A stretch of DNA of 64,000 nucleotides from an archaeon. Its GTDB lineage: Archaea; Nanobdellota; Nanobdellia; Pacearchaeales; GW2011-AR1. The stretch covers positions 96,809 through 160,808 of the forward strand of contig DAOVXQ010000001.1 in NCBI GenBank assembly GCA_030636025.1, in the 5' to 3' direction. Every line of letters begins with the position of its first letter. Within the stretch, counting starts at the first letter, position 1. This document shows positions 1 through 8,238 of this stretch, piece after piece. The notes below the pieces were generated by a model that was given only the letters and a program-made list of their open reading frames with translations, was not told where the DNA came from and did not search any database. The translations under genes and the position numbers were made by a program.

Positions 1-3
1 AAA

Positions 4-450
4 ATGAGAGACATTCCTTTATCTGAAATAACCTTAAGAAAATATGAGAAACCAGCAGGCTTAGAAAAAAGAGAACTCATAAGAAAAATTTGTTTATCTT
101 TAGGGCTTCTCCAGTTAGGCGACTCAAGAGATGTTATCGTCGATATCCTTATGGTTTTAATAAATGCAAATAAAGAAAGAAAAAATCTTTCTTCTGAAGA
201 AATAAAAATTCAGACAGAAGAATCAAGAAAAAAATATTCTTTAGAAACAAAAGGTTTGGCAGAATCAAATATTCGGCGACAATTAAAAAGATTAAGGGAC
301 GCAATGCTGATAGAAAAATCTGAAAATAAATATTACTTGACAGAACATTCTTCTTTGTCAGAAATTTTTGAAAACTCAATTGAAAAATTTATAATCCCTC
401 AAACAATTGAACGGATAAAGGAATATCTAACAGAGTTAGATAAACAATAA
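4..450 (+). CDS. Hypothetical DNA-binding protein, winged-helix-like
   Basis: Complete 148-aa ORF. The central segment looks like a winged-helix fold. No specific family recognised. Confidence 0.4.
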   Translation: MRDIPLSEITLRKYEKPAGLEKRELIRKICLSLGLLQLGDSRDVIVDILMVLINANKERKNLSSEEIKIQTEESRKKYSLETKGLAESNIRRQLKRLRDAMLIEKSENKYYLTEHSSLSEIFENSIEKFIIPQTIERIKEYLTELDKQ

Positions 451-500
451 AATTCTTTTCTCGACGATTAAAAATATAAAAAATAAAAATAAAAAACAAA

Positions 501-674
501 TTACCTTCTTTTTTTCTTAGCAGGTTTCTTTTTCTTAACAACTTTCTTTTTAACAACCTTCTTTTTTGGTTTTTTTCCTGCAGCTTTTTTTGCTTTTTCT
601 AATTTACTGACTTCTTTTTTCAATTTTTTTATTGCTACACTAAATTGTTTTGATGTCTTTGGTTTTTTTGCCAT
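501..674 (-). CDS. Small lysine-rich basic protein (57 aa), not in ORF track
   Basis: My translation is MAKKPKTSKQFSVAIKKLKKEVSKLEKAKKAAGKKPKKKVVKKKVVKKKKPAKKKRR. GGAGG lies about 6 nt upstream of the ATG (plus-strand 'cctcc' at 681-685). Confidence 0.45.
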   Translation of the reverse strand: MAKKPKTSKQFSVAIKKLKKEVSKLEKAKKAAGKKPKKKVVKKKVVKKKKPAKKKRR

Positions 675-804
675 TTTTTACCTCCTTCTCCCTTTTTGAA
701 TTTAAAAATTTATTTTTAAAATAAATTTTTTCTTATATTAAATAACAAATCATTATATTTAAATCTTTCTTAAACAAAATTTTTTAAAAATTTCCGTCGG
801 AAAA

Positions 805-2268
805 CTAGAAAATTGCAAAAAACCAACTAAACATTAGCAATATAAATATTCCTAAGATGAAATAAGTTGCAAGCTTATACATTAATTTTCCAAACTTTTC
901 ACTTTTAGTTATCCCCCACATTGTTAACATAAACATCCTTCCACCGTCGAAGATTCCCATCGGCAACATATTAACTAATGCAACACTGATATTAACAAGT
1001 GCAAGCCACCAAATCAAATTATAAACAAACACAATCAAATTCGAATTAAATCTCGGCTCATAATTTGTCGCAGGTTGTTTAAAGAAATTAAAAAACTCTG
1101 AAACTTTTCCAATAAGTCTTGTTTTTTGGCTTATGATTCCAATACCCATAATCGCCCGACCCTCTTCATTTGCATCCTCACCTAAAACCAAATCATATTC
1201 AAAAATCTCATCATCGTATTTTGTTTTAATATTTATTTCTTCGCCAGGGCGATAACCTTTCATGACCTCAACCAAATCCCCATAAGTTTTTATTTCATTT
1301 TCTTCAATAGAAATAATTGCTCCCCTTAAACCAACATTAATCGCAGGAAGGTCGTTATATAAAACAACATAATCCTCATTCGCCTCTAATTCTTCTTTCA
1401 AAATATCAATATTCATATAATAGGTTTTACCCTCGCTGATAATTTTAGTTAGATTTATAGAATTACCATTACCGCCCAAAATTAAATCATCTGTCAAATT
1501 ATTTTTATCAATCATGTCAATCAAGCCCTGATTCGTAGGATTCTCAACATCAATTCCATCAATCATACTGATACCATTGATATTTACTTTGCTAAGAGTA
1601 TAGGTATTAAACATTGCTCCTGCAGGAGAATATGTTAAAACAAAAAATCCAGAGAGCATTAAAAAAAACAAAATTGCCAAAATCAAATTAGTAAATGTCC
1701 CTGCAGCTAAAACAGATATTTGTTCAAACTTACTTGCCTTGTTCATTTGTTTTTCATCTTGTTCAACAAATGCTGCTAAAAAAGGTCCCAAAAAACCAAA
1801 CCCAGTGCTTTTAATTCCAATCCTATATCGTTTCATAAAAATTCCATGAGCAAATTCATGAAAAACCGCAATAACCGCTATCGCAATTATCCAATATGTA
1901 AAATAAAACGGAGGCAAAAAATCCAGTTTAAACAGCGACGGCAAATAAGGAATTAAAGGAAGCAGGGGAGGAATTTTTATTGCCCTGACAATATCTGGAT
2001 TTCTAACATAAATATAAGCTAATTGTCCCAATAAATAAACCATAATCGCCATTAAACAATAACCGCAAAAAATAGCAACATAACTCAAAAACTTTATTGT
2101 CTTTTTGTATTTCCCGCCGATATAATCTATAATTTTCATACCAACACTTGTCCGATACAAATACATCAACCCCTCTCTTTTCAAATTTCTCCGATTTCTA
2201 TAAAGAAAAATACCCACAATTAAACTAAATAATACTAAAAATATCAAATCATAATATACAAATTTCAT
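805..2268 (-). CDS. Site-2 protease family (M50) membrane metalloprotease
   Basis: HEFAHG (HExxH) sits in a hydrophobic segment, and the C-terminal NMLPMGIFDGGR motif is present. There are multiple TM helices and a large extracytoplasmic insert. Confidence 0.85.
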   Translation of the reverse strand: MKFVYYDLIFLVLFSLIVGIFLYRNRRNLKREGLMYLYRTSVGMKIIDYIGGKYKKTIKFLSYVAIFCGYCLMAIMVYLLGQLAYIYVRNPDIVRAIKIPPLLPLIPYLPSLFKLDFLPPFYFTYWIIAIAVIAVFHEFAHGIFMKRYRIGIKSTGFGFLGPFLAAFVEQDEKQMNKASKFEQISVLAAGTFTNLILAILFFLMLSGFFVLTYSPAGAMFNTYTLSKVNINGISMIDGIDVENPTNQGLIDMIDKNNLTDDLILGGNGNSINLTKIISEGKTYYMNIDILKEELEANEDYVVLYNDLPAINVGLRGAIISIEENEIKTYGDLVEVMKGYRPGEEINIKTKYDDEIFEYDLVLGEDANEEGRAIMGIGIISQKTRLIGKVSEFFNFFKQPATNYEPRFNSNLIVFVYNLIWWLALVNISVALVNMLPMGIFDGGRMFMLTMWGITKSEKFGKLMYKLATYFILGIFILLMFSWFFAIF

Positions 2269-2362
2269 ATAGTTTCATTACCTCTTTATCCTTAATTTTA
2301 AACTTACTTTTCTCGGAAAAGTTATTTTTTTGTTCAAACTTGTTTTTCCAAAAAAGTTTGCC

Positions 2363-2527
2363 TTATTTTTTCCGAACAGGTCTAAACACTTTTTTTAGAC
2401 ATTTTCTGCACCTGATTTTTCCTTCAATTATTTTTTTCGGGTCTGCCCTTAATTTCGCTTTGCAATGTTTACAAACAAACATATTATGATACAATCGTGC
2501 TTGAGCCGCAGGTAATTTTGTTGCCAT
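2363..2527 (-). CDS. rpl40e: Ribosomal protein eL40 (L40e), 54 aa, not in ORF track
   Basis: My translation is MATKLPAAQARLYHNMFVCKHCKAKLRADPKKIIEGKIRCRKCLKKVFRPVRKK, with the CxxC...CxxC zinc ribbon typical of archaeal L40e. It starts 1 nt after the aIF5A stop. Confidence 0.8.
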   Translation of the reverse strand: MATKLPAAQARLYHNMFVCKHCKAKLRADPKKIIEGKIRCRKCLKKVFRPVRKK

Positions 2528-2528
2528 A

Positions 2529-2918
2529 TTACAATTTCTTTTTAATTATTTTAGTTCCCTCAATATCCCAATATTCAACTTGGTCCTCTTCTTTAATTTG
2601 CCCTCTTAATTCTTCACTAATTAGAACATCAATTGTTTCAAAATTTTCTAAATCCATAATATTTGCATTATCTTCAGAAACCGACAAAACTTGTGCTTTT
2701 CTTTTATTAATCATAGGACATTCAAGTTTATCATGCCCTCCAATAACAAAAACTTTCTTTTTTCCGTCGATAAGATTAACTGCCTCAATTCTGCATTTTG
2801 AATGCCCGTGCCTTCCAGTTTTACTAATGTCATTAGATTTGATAATGCACGCAACACCCTCAACCAAGATAGTTGTTCCAGATTTCCCCTGAGTAGCATG
2901 AATTAATTTAAAAGCCAT
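2529..2918 (-). CDS. eif5a: Translation initiation factor 5A (aIF5A)
   Basis: Hypusine-loop motif SKTGRHGHSKCRI. I chose the internal Met (MAFKLIHATQGK) as the start, because the longer ORF-track version would run through the divergent FKBP promoter. Confidence 0.85.
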   Translation of the reverse strand: MAFKLIHATQGKSGTTILVEGVACIIKSNDISKTGRHGHSKCRIEAVNLIDGKKKVFVIGGHDKLECPMINKRKAQVLSVSEDNANIMDLENFETIDVLISEELRGQIKEEDQVEYWDIEGTKIIKKKL

Positions 2919-2967
2919 ACTGGAAAGAAAAAAAATACATTTATAAATGCTTCTAACAAAAACAATT

Positions 2968-3639
2968 ATGGAAATCACAAAGAAAAAGGATTTCATTGAA
3001 ATAGAATTCACAGGAAAGTCAAATTCACAAATATTTGATACAACCAGCAAGGAAGAAGCAAAATCAATCGGGTTACAGGCCGATGTTAAACCAATAATCG
3101 TCTCTGTCGGAAATGAAATGGTTTTAAAAGGTTTTGACAAATCTCTTGAAGGAAAAGAATTAAACAAAAAATATTCTGTTCATTTAAAACCTGAAGAGGC
3201 ATTTGGTCCAAGAAACCCGCAGTTAATTAAAACACTTCCAATAAAAGTTTTCAAGGAAAAAAACATCCAGCCAATGCCAGGCATGACATTTAATATGGAC
3301 AATCATATAGCAAAAATTCTTTCAGTTTCAGGAGGCAGAATTATTACGGATTTCAACAACCCCTTGGCAGGAAAAGAAATAGAGTATGATTTTATCATAA
3401 AAAGAAAAATAACCGATGACAAAGAAAAAATAAACGCACTTCAGGATTTTTTCTTTAAACAAAAATTTGAATTTGAAATCAAAGGCAAAAAAGTTATTTT
3501 CAAAAAACAAGAAATTAAACCACTTATAGAAATGATGAAGCAAAAATTCAAAGATATGACTGGATTTGAGTTTGAAGTTGAGGAAAAGAAAGAAGAAAAA
3601 TCAGAAAAAAAGAAAGAAAAAGTTGAAGAAAAAAAATAA
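2968..3639 (+). CDS. FKBP-type peptidyl-prolyl isomerase (SlyD-like) with K/E-rich tail
   Basis: FKBP/IF-domain layout: VLKGFDKSLEGKE..., then GGRIITDFNNPLAGKEIEYDFII. 'ttataaat' at 2941-2948 looks like a TATA box, so the ATG at 2968 is preferred over 2947. Confidence 0.75.
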   Translation: MEITKKKDFIEIEFTGKSNSQIFDTTSKEEAKSIGLQADVKPIIVSVGNEMVLKGFDKSLEGKELNKKYSVHLKPEEAFGPRNPQLIKTLPIKVFKEKNIQPMPGMTFNMDNHIAKILSVSGGRIITDFNNPLAGKEIEYDFIIKRKITDDKEKINALQDFFFKQKFEFEIKGKKVIFKKQEIKPLIEMMKQKFKDMTGFEFEVEEKKEEKSEKKKEKVEEKK

Positions 3640-3939
3640 TTATTTTCTTTTTGTATAAATATTATATGGTTGAGAAATTTTAAAATTCAAAAACTCTCCA
3701 TCCCTTTTTCCTAACTGAATATAGGAGTCTTCTTCTATTAGAATATTATTAATAGTTTTATCATATTCTTTTTTCATTCTTTTTTCGACTTCATTATTTT
3801 TCCATTGTCCTCCAACAGGAACTTTAATTTCAAAGAATTTAGGTTCAGGGGCACTTAAGAGAACTTCTTTATCATCTTCAGTTATTCCTATTAATCCTCT
3901 ATTTGTACTCTTAACTTCTTTCAATATTTTTCCTATCAT
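3640..3939 (-). CDS. Hypothetical protein
   Basis: 99-aa ORF with typical local codon composition. No recognisable motif. Confidence 0.4.
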   Translation of the reverse strand: MIGKILKEVKSTNRGLIGITEDDKEVLLSAPEPKFFEIKVPVGGQWKNNEVEKRMKKEYDKTINNILIEEDSYIQLGKRDGEFLNFKISQPYNIYTKRK

Positions 3940-4020
3940 AAAATTTTTACTAGTAATTAGTTAATAAAGATTATTGCATTTAATTAACCATATCCCCCAA
4001 AACAATCTTAAAACCACCAC

Positions 4021-4035
4021 AATCTTTAAAAATAA
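4021..4035 (+). promoter_or_regulatory. BRE/TATA-like promoter 'aatctttaaaaataa'
   Basis: Ends about 19 nt before the ATG at 4054. The same AATCTTTAWAWAT consensus recurs at 4417, 8239 and 9316. Confidence 0.55.
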
Positions 4036-4053
4036 TTCTAAATTATTAAAAGA

Positions 4054-4368
4054 ATGTCAAACAGATTATCAGATGTAGCAAACGATGGGGAGAGGAATAA
4101 ACTTTCAAATGTCTTTAACGAAAAAGTAATGAATTATCTTGAAAATCCTTCAAATGAAAATTATCAAATTTTAAAAAAAACTACAAAAAAATTCGATTCT
4201 ATTCCAGAAGGACATGAAAATTTTGGAGCAAGTAATATTTCTTCTGTTTTGGATAAAGGTTTAGAAAAATTAAAACAAAAAGACCCTGAATTTTGTAAGA
4301 GAATATTAAATTCAATTGAACATGTCCCAGATATTTACAAGAGATTTGAAAGATATTTGTCTAATTAA
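4054..4368 (+). CDS. Hypothetical protein
   Basis: 104-aa ORF behind a promoter module nearly identical to the ftsZ promoter. Confidence 0.4.
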   Translation: MSNRLSDVANDGERNKLSNVFNEKVMNYLENPSNENYQILKKTTKKFDSIPEGHENFGASNISSVLDKGLEKLKQKDPEFCKRILNSIEHVPDIYKRFERYLSN

Positions 4369-4416
4369 GGCAAAATTTAAATTCAATCATATTCTAAAAC
4401 AATCTTAAAACCCCAA

Positions 4417-4431
4417 CAATCTTTAAATATT
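4417..4431 (+). promoter_or_regulatory. BRE/TATA-like promoter 'caatctttaaatatt' of ftsZ
   Basis: Ends about 17 nt before the ATG at 4448 and matches the recurrent consensus. Confidence 0.55.
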
Positions 4432-4447
4432 AATTTAAGTTCTCCAG

Positions 4448-5614
4448 ATGATGGAAGAGGAATTTGAAAAAAGTAATTATGGTGAAGAGGTTCAATCTAA
4501 TTACGAAGAACCAAAACCAGTCTACGAAAATACTTCTCAGTTAGTCATTGATAAAGACCCAGAACTTAGTGAGATAGATAGGGAATTAGAAGAATTACTT
4601 AAAAAACAACACGCAAAAGTAAAAGTTTTCGGGGTCGGTGGCGGGGGCGGAAATACGATTTCTCGAATGAAAGAAATCGGAATCAAAGGCGGGCAATTTA
4701 TCGCAGTTAATACAGATGCACAGGATTTGCTTTATTCAAATGCAGATTCTAAAATTTTAATTGGAAGAGAATTAACACTCGGGCTTGGAGCAGGAAGCAA
4801 CCCAAAAATCGGAGAAGAAGCAGCTCACGAATCTGAACAAGATATTAAGAAAAAAATCAGTGGTTGCGACATGGTTTTCATAACCTGCGGGTTAGGCGGA
4901 GGAACAGGAACCGGTGCAGCACCAGTAATCGCAGAACTCGCAAAAAAACAAGGCGCCTTAACAATCGGGGTCGTAACATTACCTTTCACAATTGAAGGCA
5001 AAAAAAGAATAGAAAATGCAGAATACGGATTAGAAAGAATGGAATCAATAGTCGATACTTTAATTGTAATCCCAAATGACAAATTATTAGAAATTGCACC
5101 AGAATTACCACTGCAAACTGCTTTCAGAGTTGCAGACGAAATCCTGACAAATGCAGTTAAAGGAACAACAGAACTTGTAACGAAATCTGGTTTAGTAAAC
5201 TTAGATTTTGCAGATATAAAAGCAGTAATGTCAAACGGCGGCGTCTCATTAATGGGTATGGGTGAAGCAGATTCCCAAAATCGGGCACAAGAAGCAGTTG
5301 AAAAAGCATTAACAAATCCACTTTTAGATGTAGATATTTCAAATGCAACAGGAGCTTTAGTTAATATTATCGGGGGAAGTGATTTAAGTTTAGATGAAGC
5401 AAGAGAAATAATCTCTGCAGTTGGGGAAAAATTAAGTCCTGATGCAAAAATGATTTGGGGGGCCCAGCTAAGTCCTGAAATGGAAAAATCAGTTCGGGTT
5501 ATGATTATAATCACAGGAGTCCATAGCTCCCAAATTATCGGCACGAAATTATCACCAGAACTAACCAAACAAACTGGAATTTCTGATGAACTTGGGATTG
5601 AATTTTTAGATTAA
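4448..5614 (+). CDS. ftsZ: Cell division GTPase FtsZ
   Basis: Tubulin signature GVGGGGGNTISRM and GLGGGTGTGAAPVIAE. Full-length architecture. Confidence 0.95.
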   Translation: MMEEEFEKSNYGEEVQSNYEEPKPVYENTSQLVIDKDPELSEIDRELEELLKKQHAKVKVFGVGGGGGNTISRMKEIGIKGGQFIAVNTDAQDLLYSNADSKILIGRELTLGLGAGSNPKIGEEAAHESEQDIKKKISGCDMVFITCGLGGGTGTGAAPVIAELAKKQGALTIGVVTLPFTIEGKKRIENAEYGLERMESIVDTLIVIPNDKLLEIAPELPLQTAFRVADEILTNAVKGTTELVTKSGLVNLDFADIKAVMSNGGVSLMGMGEADSQNRAQEAVEKALTNPLLDVDISNATGALVNIIGGSDLSLDEAREIISAVGEKLSPDAKMIWGAQLSPEMEKSVRVMIIITGVHSSQIIGTKLSPELTKQTGISDELGIEFLD

Positions 5615-5615
5615 A

Positions 5616-5867
5616 ATGGAAGAGAAACCAAATTATACCCACAAAATATTAGTTTCATTTAATGCAGGAAATAGTAATGGTTCTCCTACACTTTATGAAT
5701 CTCTTTGTAAAAAAGACCAAAATCCAAGCACGATTTTAGACCCTCAGCCAATAAAAACTCCAGAAAGGAAATTGGGCTTTAAGGCAAGCAAAGACATTGC
5801 AAAAAAAGTGGAGGACGAATTAGAAAAATTAAATATACCTTATGAAATAACTCTTTTAAGTAGATAA
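5616..5867 (+). CDS. Hypothetical small protein translationally coupled to ftsZ
   Basis: 83-aa ORF whose ATG begins 1 nt after the ftsZ stop codon. Confidence 0.35.
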   Translation: MEEKPNYTHKILVSFNAGNSNGSPTLYESLCKKDQNPSTILDPQPIKTPERKLGFKASKDIAKKVEDELEKLNIPYEITLLSR

Positions 5868-5896
5868 TTTTAAAAACCCTCTATCTATTTAGTTTT

Positions 5897-6064
5897 ATGT
5901 TTAAGATAAAATCATTTTTTAATCAATGCGTCAGGGTTTGGAAACTTTTAAGAAAACCATCAAACACAGAATTCAAAACCGTCGCAAAAGTATCTGCACT
6001 TGGACTTGGTTTAATTGGTTTAATCGGATTTATAATTCAAATTCTTATGAGTTTTTTTCAATAA
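5897..6064 (+). CDS. secE: Preprotein translocase SecE / Sec61-gamma (55 aa), not in ORF track
   Basis: My translation is MFKIKSFFNQCVRVWKLLRKPSNTEFKTVAKVSALGLGLIGLIGFIIQILMSFFQ, with a single C-terminal TM helix. It sits in the conserved position upstream of spt5-rpl11. Confidence 0.7.
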   Translation: MFKIKSFFNQCVRVWKLLRKPSNTEFKTVAKVSALGLGLIGLIGFIIQILMSFFQ

Positions 6065-6098
6065 TAAAATTTATAAAGGGTTAACTTTAATAATTATA

Positions 6099-6497
6099 AT
6101 GAAAAACTTCACTCAAGATTCACTGGAAAAACTTAAAAAACTAGAACTTAGATTAGGGGATTTTGGAACTATAATTTCGTGTTCTGATTTAAATTATCCT
6201 GTTGGCGTAGCAGAAATTACAGTGACCCCCACAGCATTTAGACGTGAATATAATCTTTTTGACAAAGGATTTGTCAATACAAGAACTCAAAGAGTTTCTA
6301 AAGAAGAATATGAGAACTCAACATTTATTGCTTATATTTTTGGAACTACCAATAGTCTTAAAACTTGTAAGGACTCAGATTTAGTGCCAGATTTAGTTTA
6401 TGCACCTTCTAAAGAAGGAGAAGCATTCCCAATGATATATTTTATATCAACACAAGATATTGTGGACTATAAAACTAGAAACAGTATGCCCATTTAA
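6099..6497 (+). CDS. Hypothetical protein inserted between secE and spt5
   Basis: 132-aa ORF with 'tttataaa' about 25 nt upstream. No motif recognised. Confidence 0.4.
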   Translation: MKNFTQDSLEKLKKLELRLGDFGTIISCSDLNYPVGVAEITVTPTAFRREYNLFDKGFVNTRTQRVSKEEYENSTFIAYIFGTTNSLKTCKDSDLVPDLVYAPSKEGEAFPMIYFISTQDIVDYKTRNSMPI

Positions 6498-6680
6498 GGT
6501 TAATTTAATAATAAAAAATAAATAATAAAATTAACAACAAAATTTATAAACCCTAAATTTCAACTAATATTATCTAATTCTTAAGATGTTAAGAGTTAGT
6601 GGGCACACAATAAATTAAAAACACCTTTCAATGGCAAACAAAGTTACTCATAATAAATTAAATAAATGCAATAATTCAAA

Positions 6681-6794
6681 CCGAGTCTTAACTCAACATC
6701 CTGAAAATTCAAAAGAATTTTCAGTTAGCAATCGAAGATTGCACACTCAGGAAGATGACTTGTTAAGAAACCTGGGTTTCTTACGATTGTGAAA
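6681..6794 (+). promoter_or_regulatory. Structured leader element, copy 1 (upstream of spt5); lies inside short ORF 6631-6792
   Basis: Homologous to 7374-7481. Contains hairpins ctgaaaatt/aattttcag, gcaatc-gaa-gattgc and gaaacc-tg-ggtttc. The short ORF's stop codon (6790-6792) lies 2 nt before the spt5 ATG. Confidence 0.55.
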
Positions 6795-7364
6795 ATGATA
6801 TTCATAATAAAAGTAACAACAAATAAAGAAGACAAAGCAATGGAGCTAATCTCAGATAAAATCCGTAAAAAAGACCTGAGAGTTTACTCTCTCGCAAGAC
6901 CCCACGGACTTCGGGGATATATTTTCTTAGAATCCGAAGACAGAGAATCTGCAGAAGAAGCAGCATACAATTTGCCATATGTAAAAGGAATCATCGGGAA
7001 AACAGTTACATACGAGGAAATAAAAAACATGATTGAGCCAGTCTTAGAAGAAATCAACATAGAAAAAGGAGACATTGTTGAAATAATCGGAGAGCCCTTC
7101 AAAAAAGAAAAAGCAAAAGTAGTAAGAATAGACAAAACAAAAGGAGAAGTAGTTGTATCTTTATTAGCCGCAGTTGTCCCAATTCCAGTAACAGTAAAAC
7201 TAGATAATATAAAAGTTATCAGAAGAGAAAAAGAAGGAGAAGAAGAAACAGAAGAAAAATCAGAAACAATAAATAAACCTTCATCACAATCAGATGTTAG
7301 CCAACTAGAAATTAAACAAGACTATGAAGAACCAACAGGAGGATTAATCCCAGATGATTATTAA
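6795..7364 (+). CDS. spt5: Transcription elongation factor Spt5 (archaeal NusG)
   Basis: NGN-type N-terminus MIFIIKVTTNKEDKA and KOW motif GDIVEIIGEPFKKEKAKVVRID. The C-terminus is acidic. The ATG at 6795 is preferred over the GTG at 6789. Confidence 0.85.
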   Translation: MIFIIKVTTNKEDKAMELISDKIRKKDLRVYSLARPHGLRGYIFLESEDRESAEEAAYNLPYVKGIIGKTVTYEEIKNMIEPVLEEINIEKGDIVEIIGEPFKKEKAKVVRIDKTKGEVVVSLLAAVVPIPVTVKLDNIKVIRREKEGEEETEEKSETINKPSSQSDVSQLEIKQDYEEPTGGLIPDDY

Positions 7365-7373
7365 ATTAAACAA

Positions 7374-7481
7374 CCGAGCTTTAGCTACTTGGCATCCTGA
7401 AATACAAAGTATTTCAGTTAGCAATCGAAGATTGCACACTGAGGAAGGTTGCTTGGAGGAAACCTTAGGTTTCCTGTGATT
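7374..7481 (+). promoter_or_regulatory. Structured leader element, copy 2 (upstream of rpl11); lies inside short ORF 7354-7479
   Basis: Shares the invariant core 'tttcagttagcaatcgaagattgcacact' with copy 1, and its stem changes are compensated (ctgaaatac/gtatttcag). The short ORF's stop codon (7477-7479) lies 2 nt before the rpl11 ATG. Confidence 0.55.
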
Positions 7482-8153
7482 ATGATTATCAAATTACTTA
7501 TCGATGGCGGAGACATGAAACCAGGTCCAGCAATAGCTCAGCAATTAGGTCCAATGGGAATAAATATGGGCAAAGTAATCTCAGAGGTCAATGAAGCAAC
7601 AAAAAAATTCAAGGGAATGAAAGTCCCAGCAGAATTAAATATCGACGAAAAAACAAAAGAATTCACAATCAAAGCATTATCGCCCCCAACTTCAGAATTA
7701 CTAAAAAAAGAATTCAACTTAGAAAAAGGTTCTGCAGACCAGAAAGTAAGATTAGTAAATGCATCTATTGAAGACATTATTAAAATAACAAAAATAAAAC
7801 ATTCCAGTATGCTTGAAAAAGAATTCAAATCAGCAGTCAAATCAATTTTAGGAACTTGCGCAGCAATGGGAATAATGGTTGAAAACCGAGGAGCAAATGA
7901 ACTTGTTAAAGATATAGAAGAACATAATAAATTTCATAATGAAATTGAAGAACAATCAACAGAAACAAGCCCTGAAAAAAGGGAAAAACTAAAACAGTTT
8001 TTTGATAAAGTTAAGGCTGCTCAGGATGCTAAGGCAGAACAAGCAAAGAAAGAAGCAGAGGAAGCAGAAACAGCAAAAACAGAAGAAACAGCTAAACAAG
8101 AAGAAACGAAAGAAACCACAGAATCTGAAAAGAAAACAGAAGAAAAGAAATAA
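7482..8153 (+). CDS. rpl11: Ribosomal protein uL11 with about 70-aa E/K/A/T-rich C-terminal extension
   Basis: MIIKLLIDGGDMKPGPAIAQQLGPMGINMGKVISEVNEAT is a typical uL11 N-domain. The ATG at 7482 was chosen over the TTG at 7449. Confidence 0.9.
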   Translation: MIIKLLIDGGDMKPGPAIAQQLGPMGINMGKVISEVNEATKKFKGMKVPAELNIDEKTKEFTIKALSPPTSELLKKEFNLEKGSADQKVRLVNASIEDIIKITKIKHSSMLEKEFKSAVKSILGTCAAMGIMVENRGANELVKDIEEHNKFHNEIEEQSTETSPEKREKLKQFFDKVKAAQDAKAEQAKKEAEEAETAKTEETAKQEETKETTESEKKTEEKK

Positions 8154-8164
8154 TAATTAATATC

Positions 8165-8215
8165 CTAGATAAAAGGAAAATTGCGAGCCGAGCAATTTTC
8201 CCAAATTTTATCTAG
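8165..8215 (+). other. Long imperfect hairpin (20 bp, 4-nt bulge) after rpl11
   Basis: 'ctagataaaaggaaaattgc' pairs with 'gcaattttcc-caaa-ttttatctag'. The loop is 'gagccga'. Confidence 0.45.
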
Positions 8216-8238
8216 TCCGAATTCTGAATTAGACATGA

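Noticed and set aside
2334-2359. Inverted repeat caaactt...aagtttg after rpl40e as a special element
   Set aside because: It is a short 7-bp stem next to an oligo-T run on the transcribed strand. It is adequately explained as an ordinary archaeal termination region.
2919-3167. N-terminal 83 codons of ORF-track entry 2529-3167 (also 2497-2892 and 2711-2899)
   Set aside because: aIF5A homology starts at the internal Met (2918). The extension would run across the divergent FKBP gene start and promoter. The other two entries are shadows of aIF5A.
4825-5568. 247-aa minus-strand ORF (plus 5157-5348) inside ftsZ
   Set aside because: It is an antisense shadow of a confidently identified gene. Its low-complexity S/P/I-rich product has no motifs.
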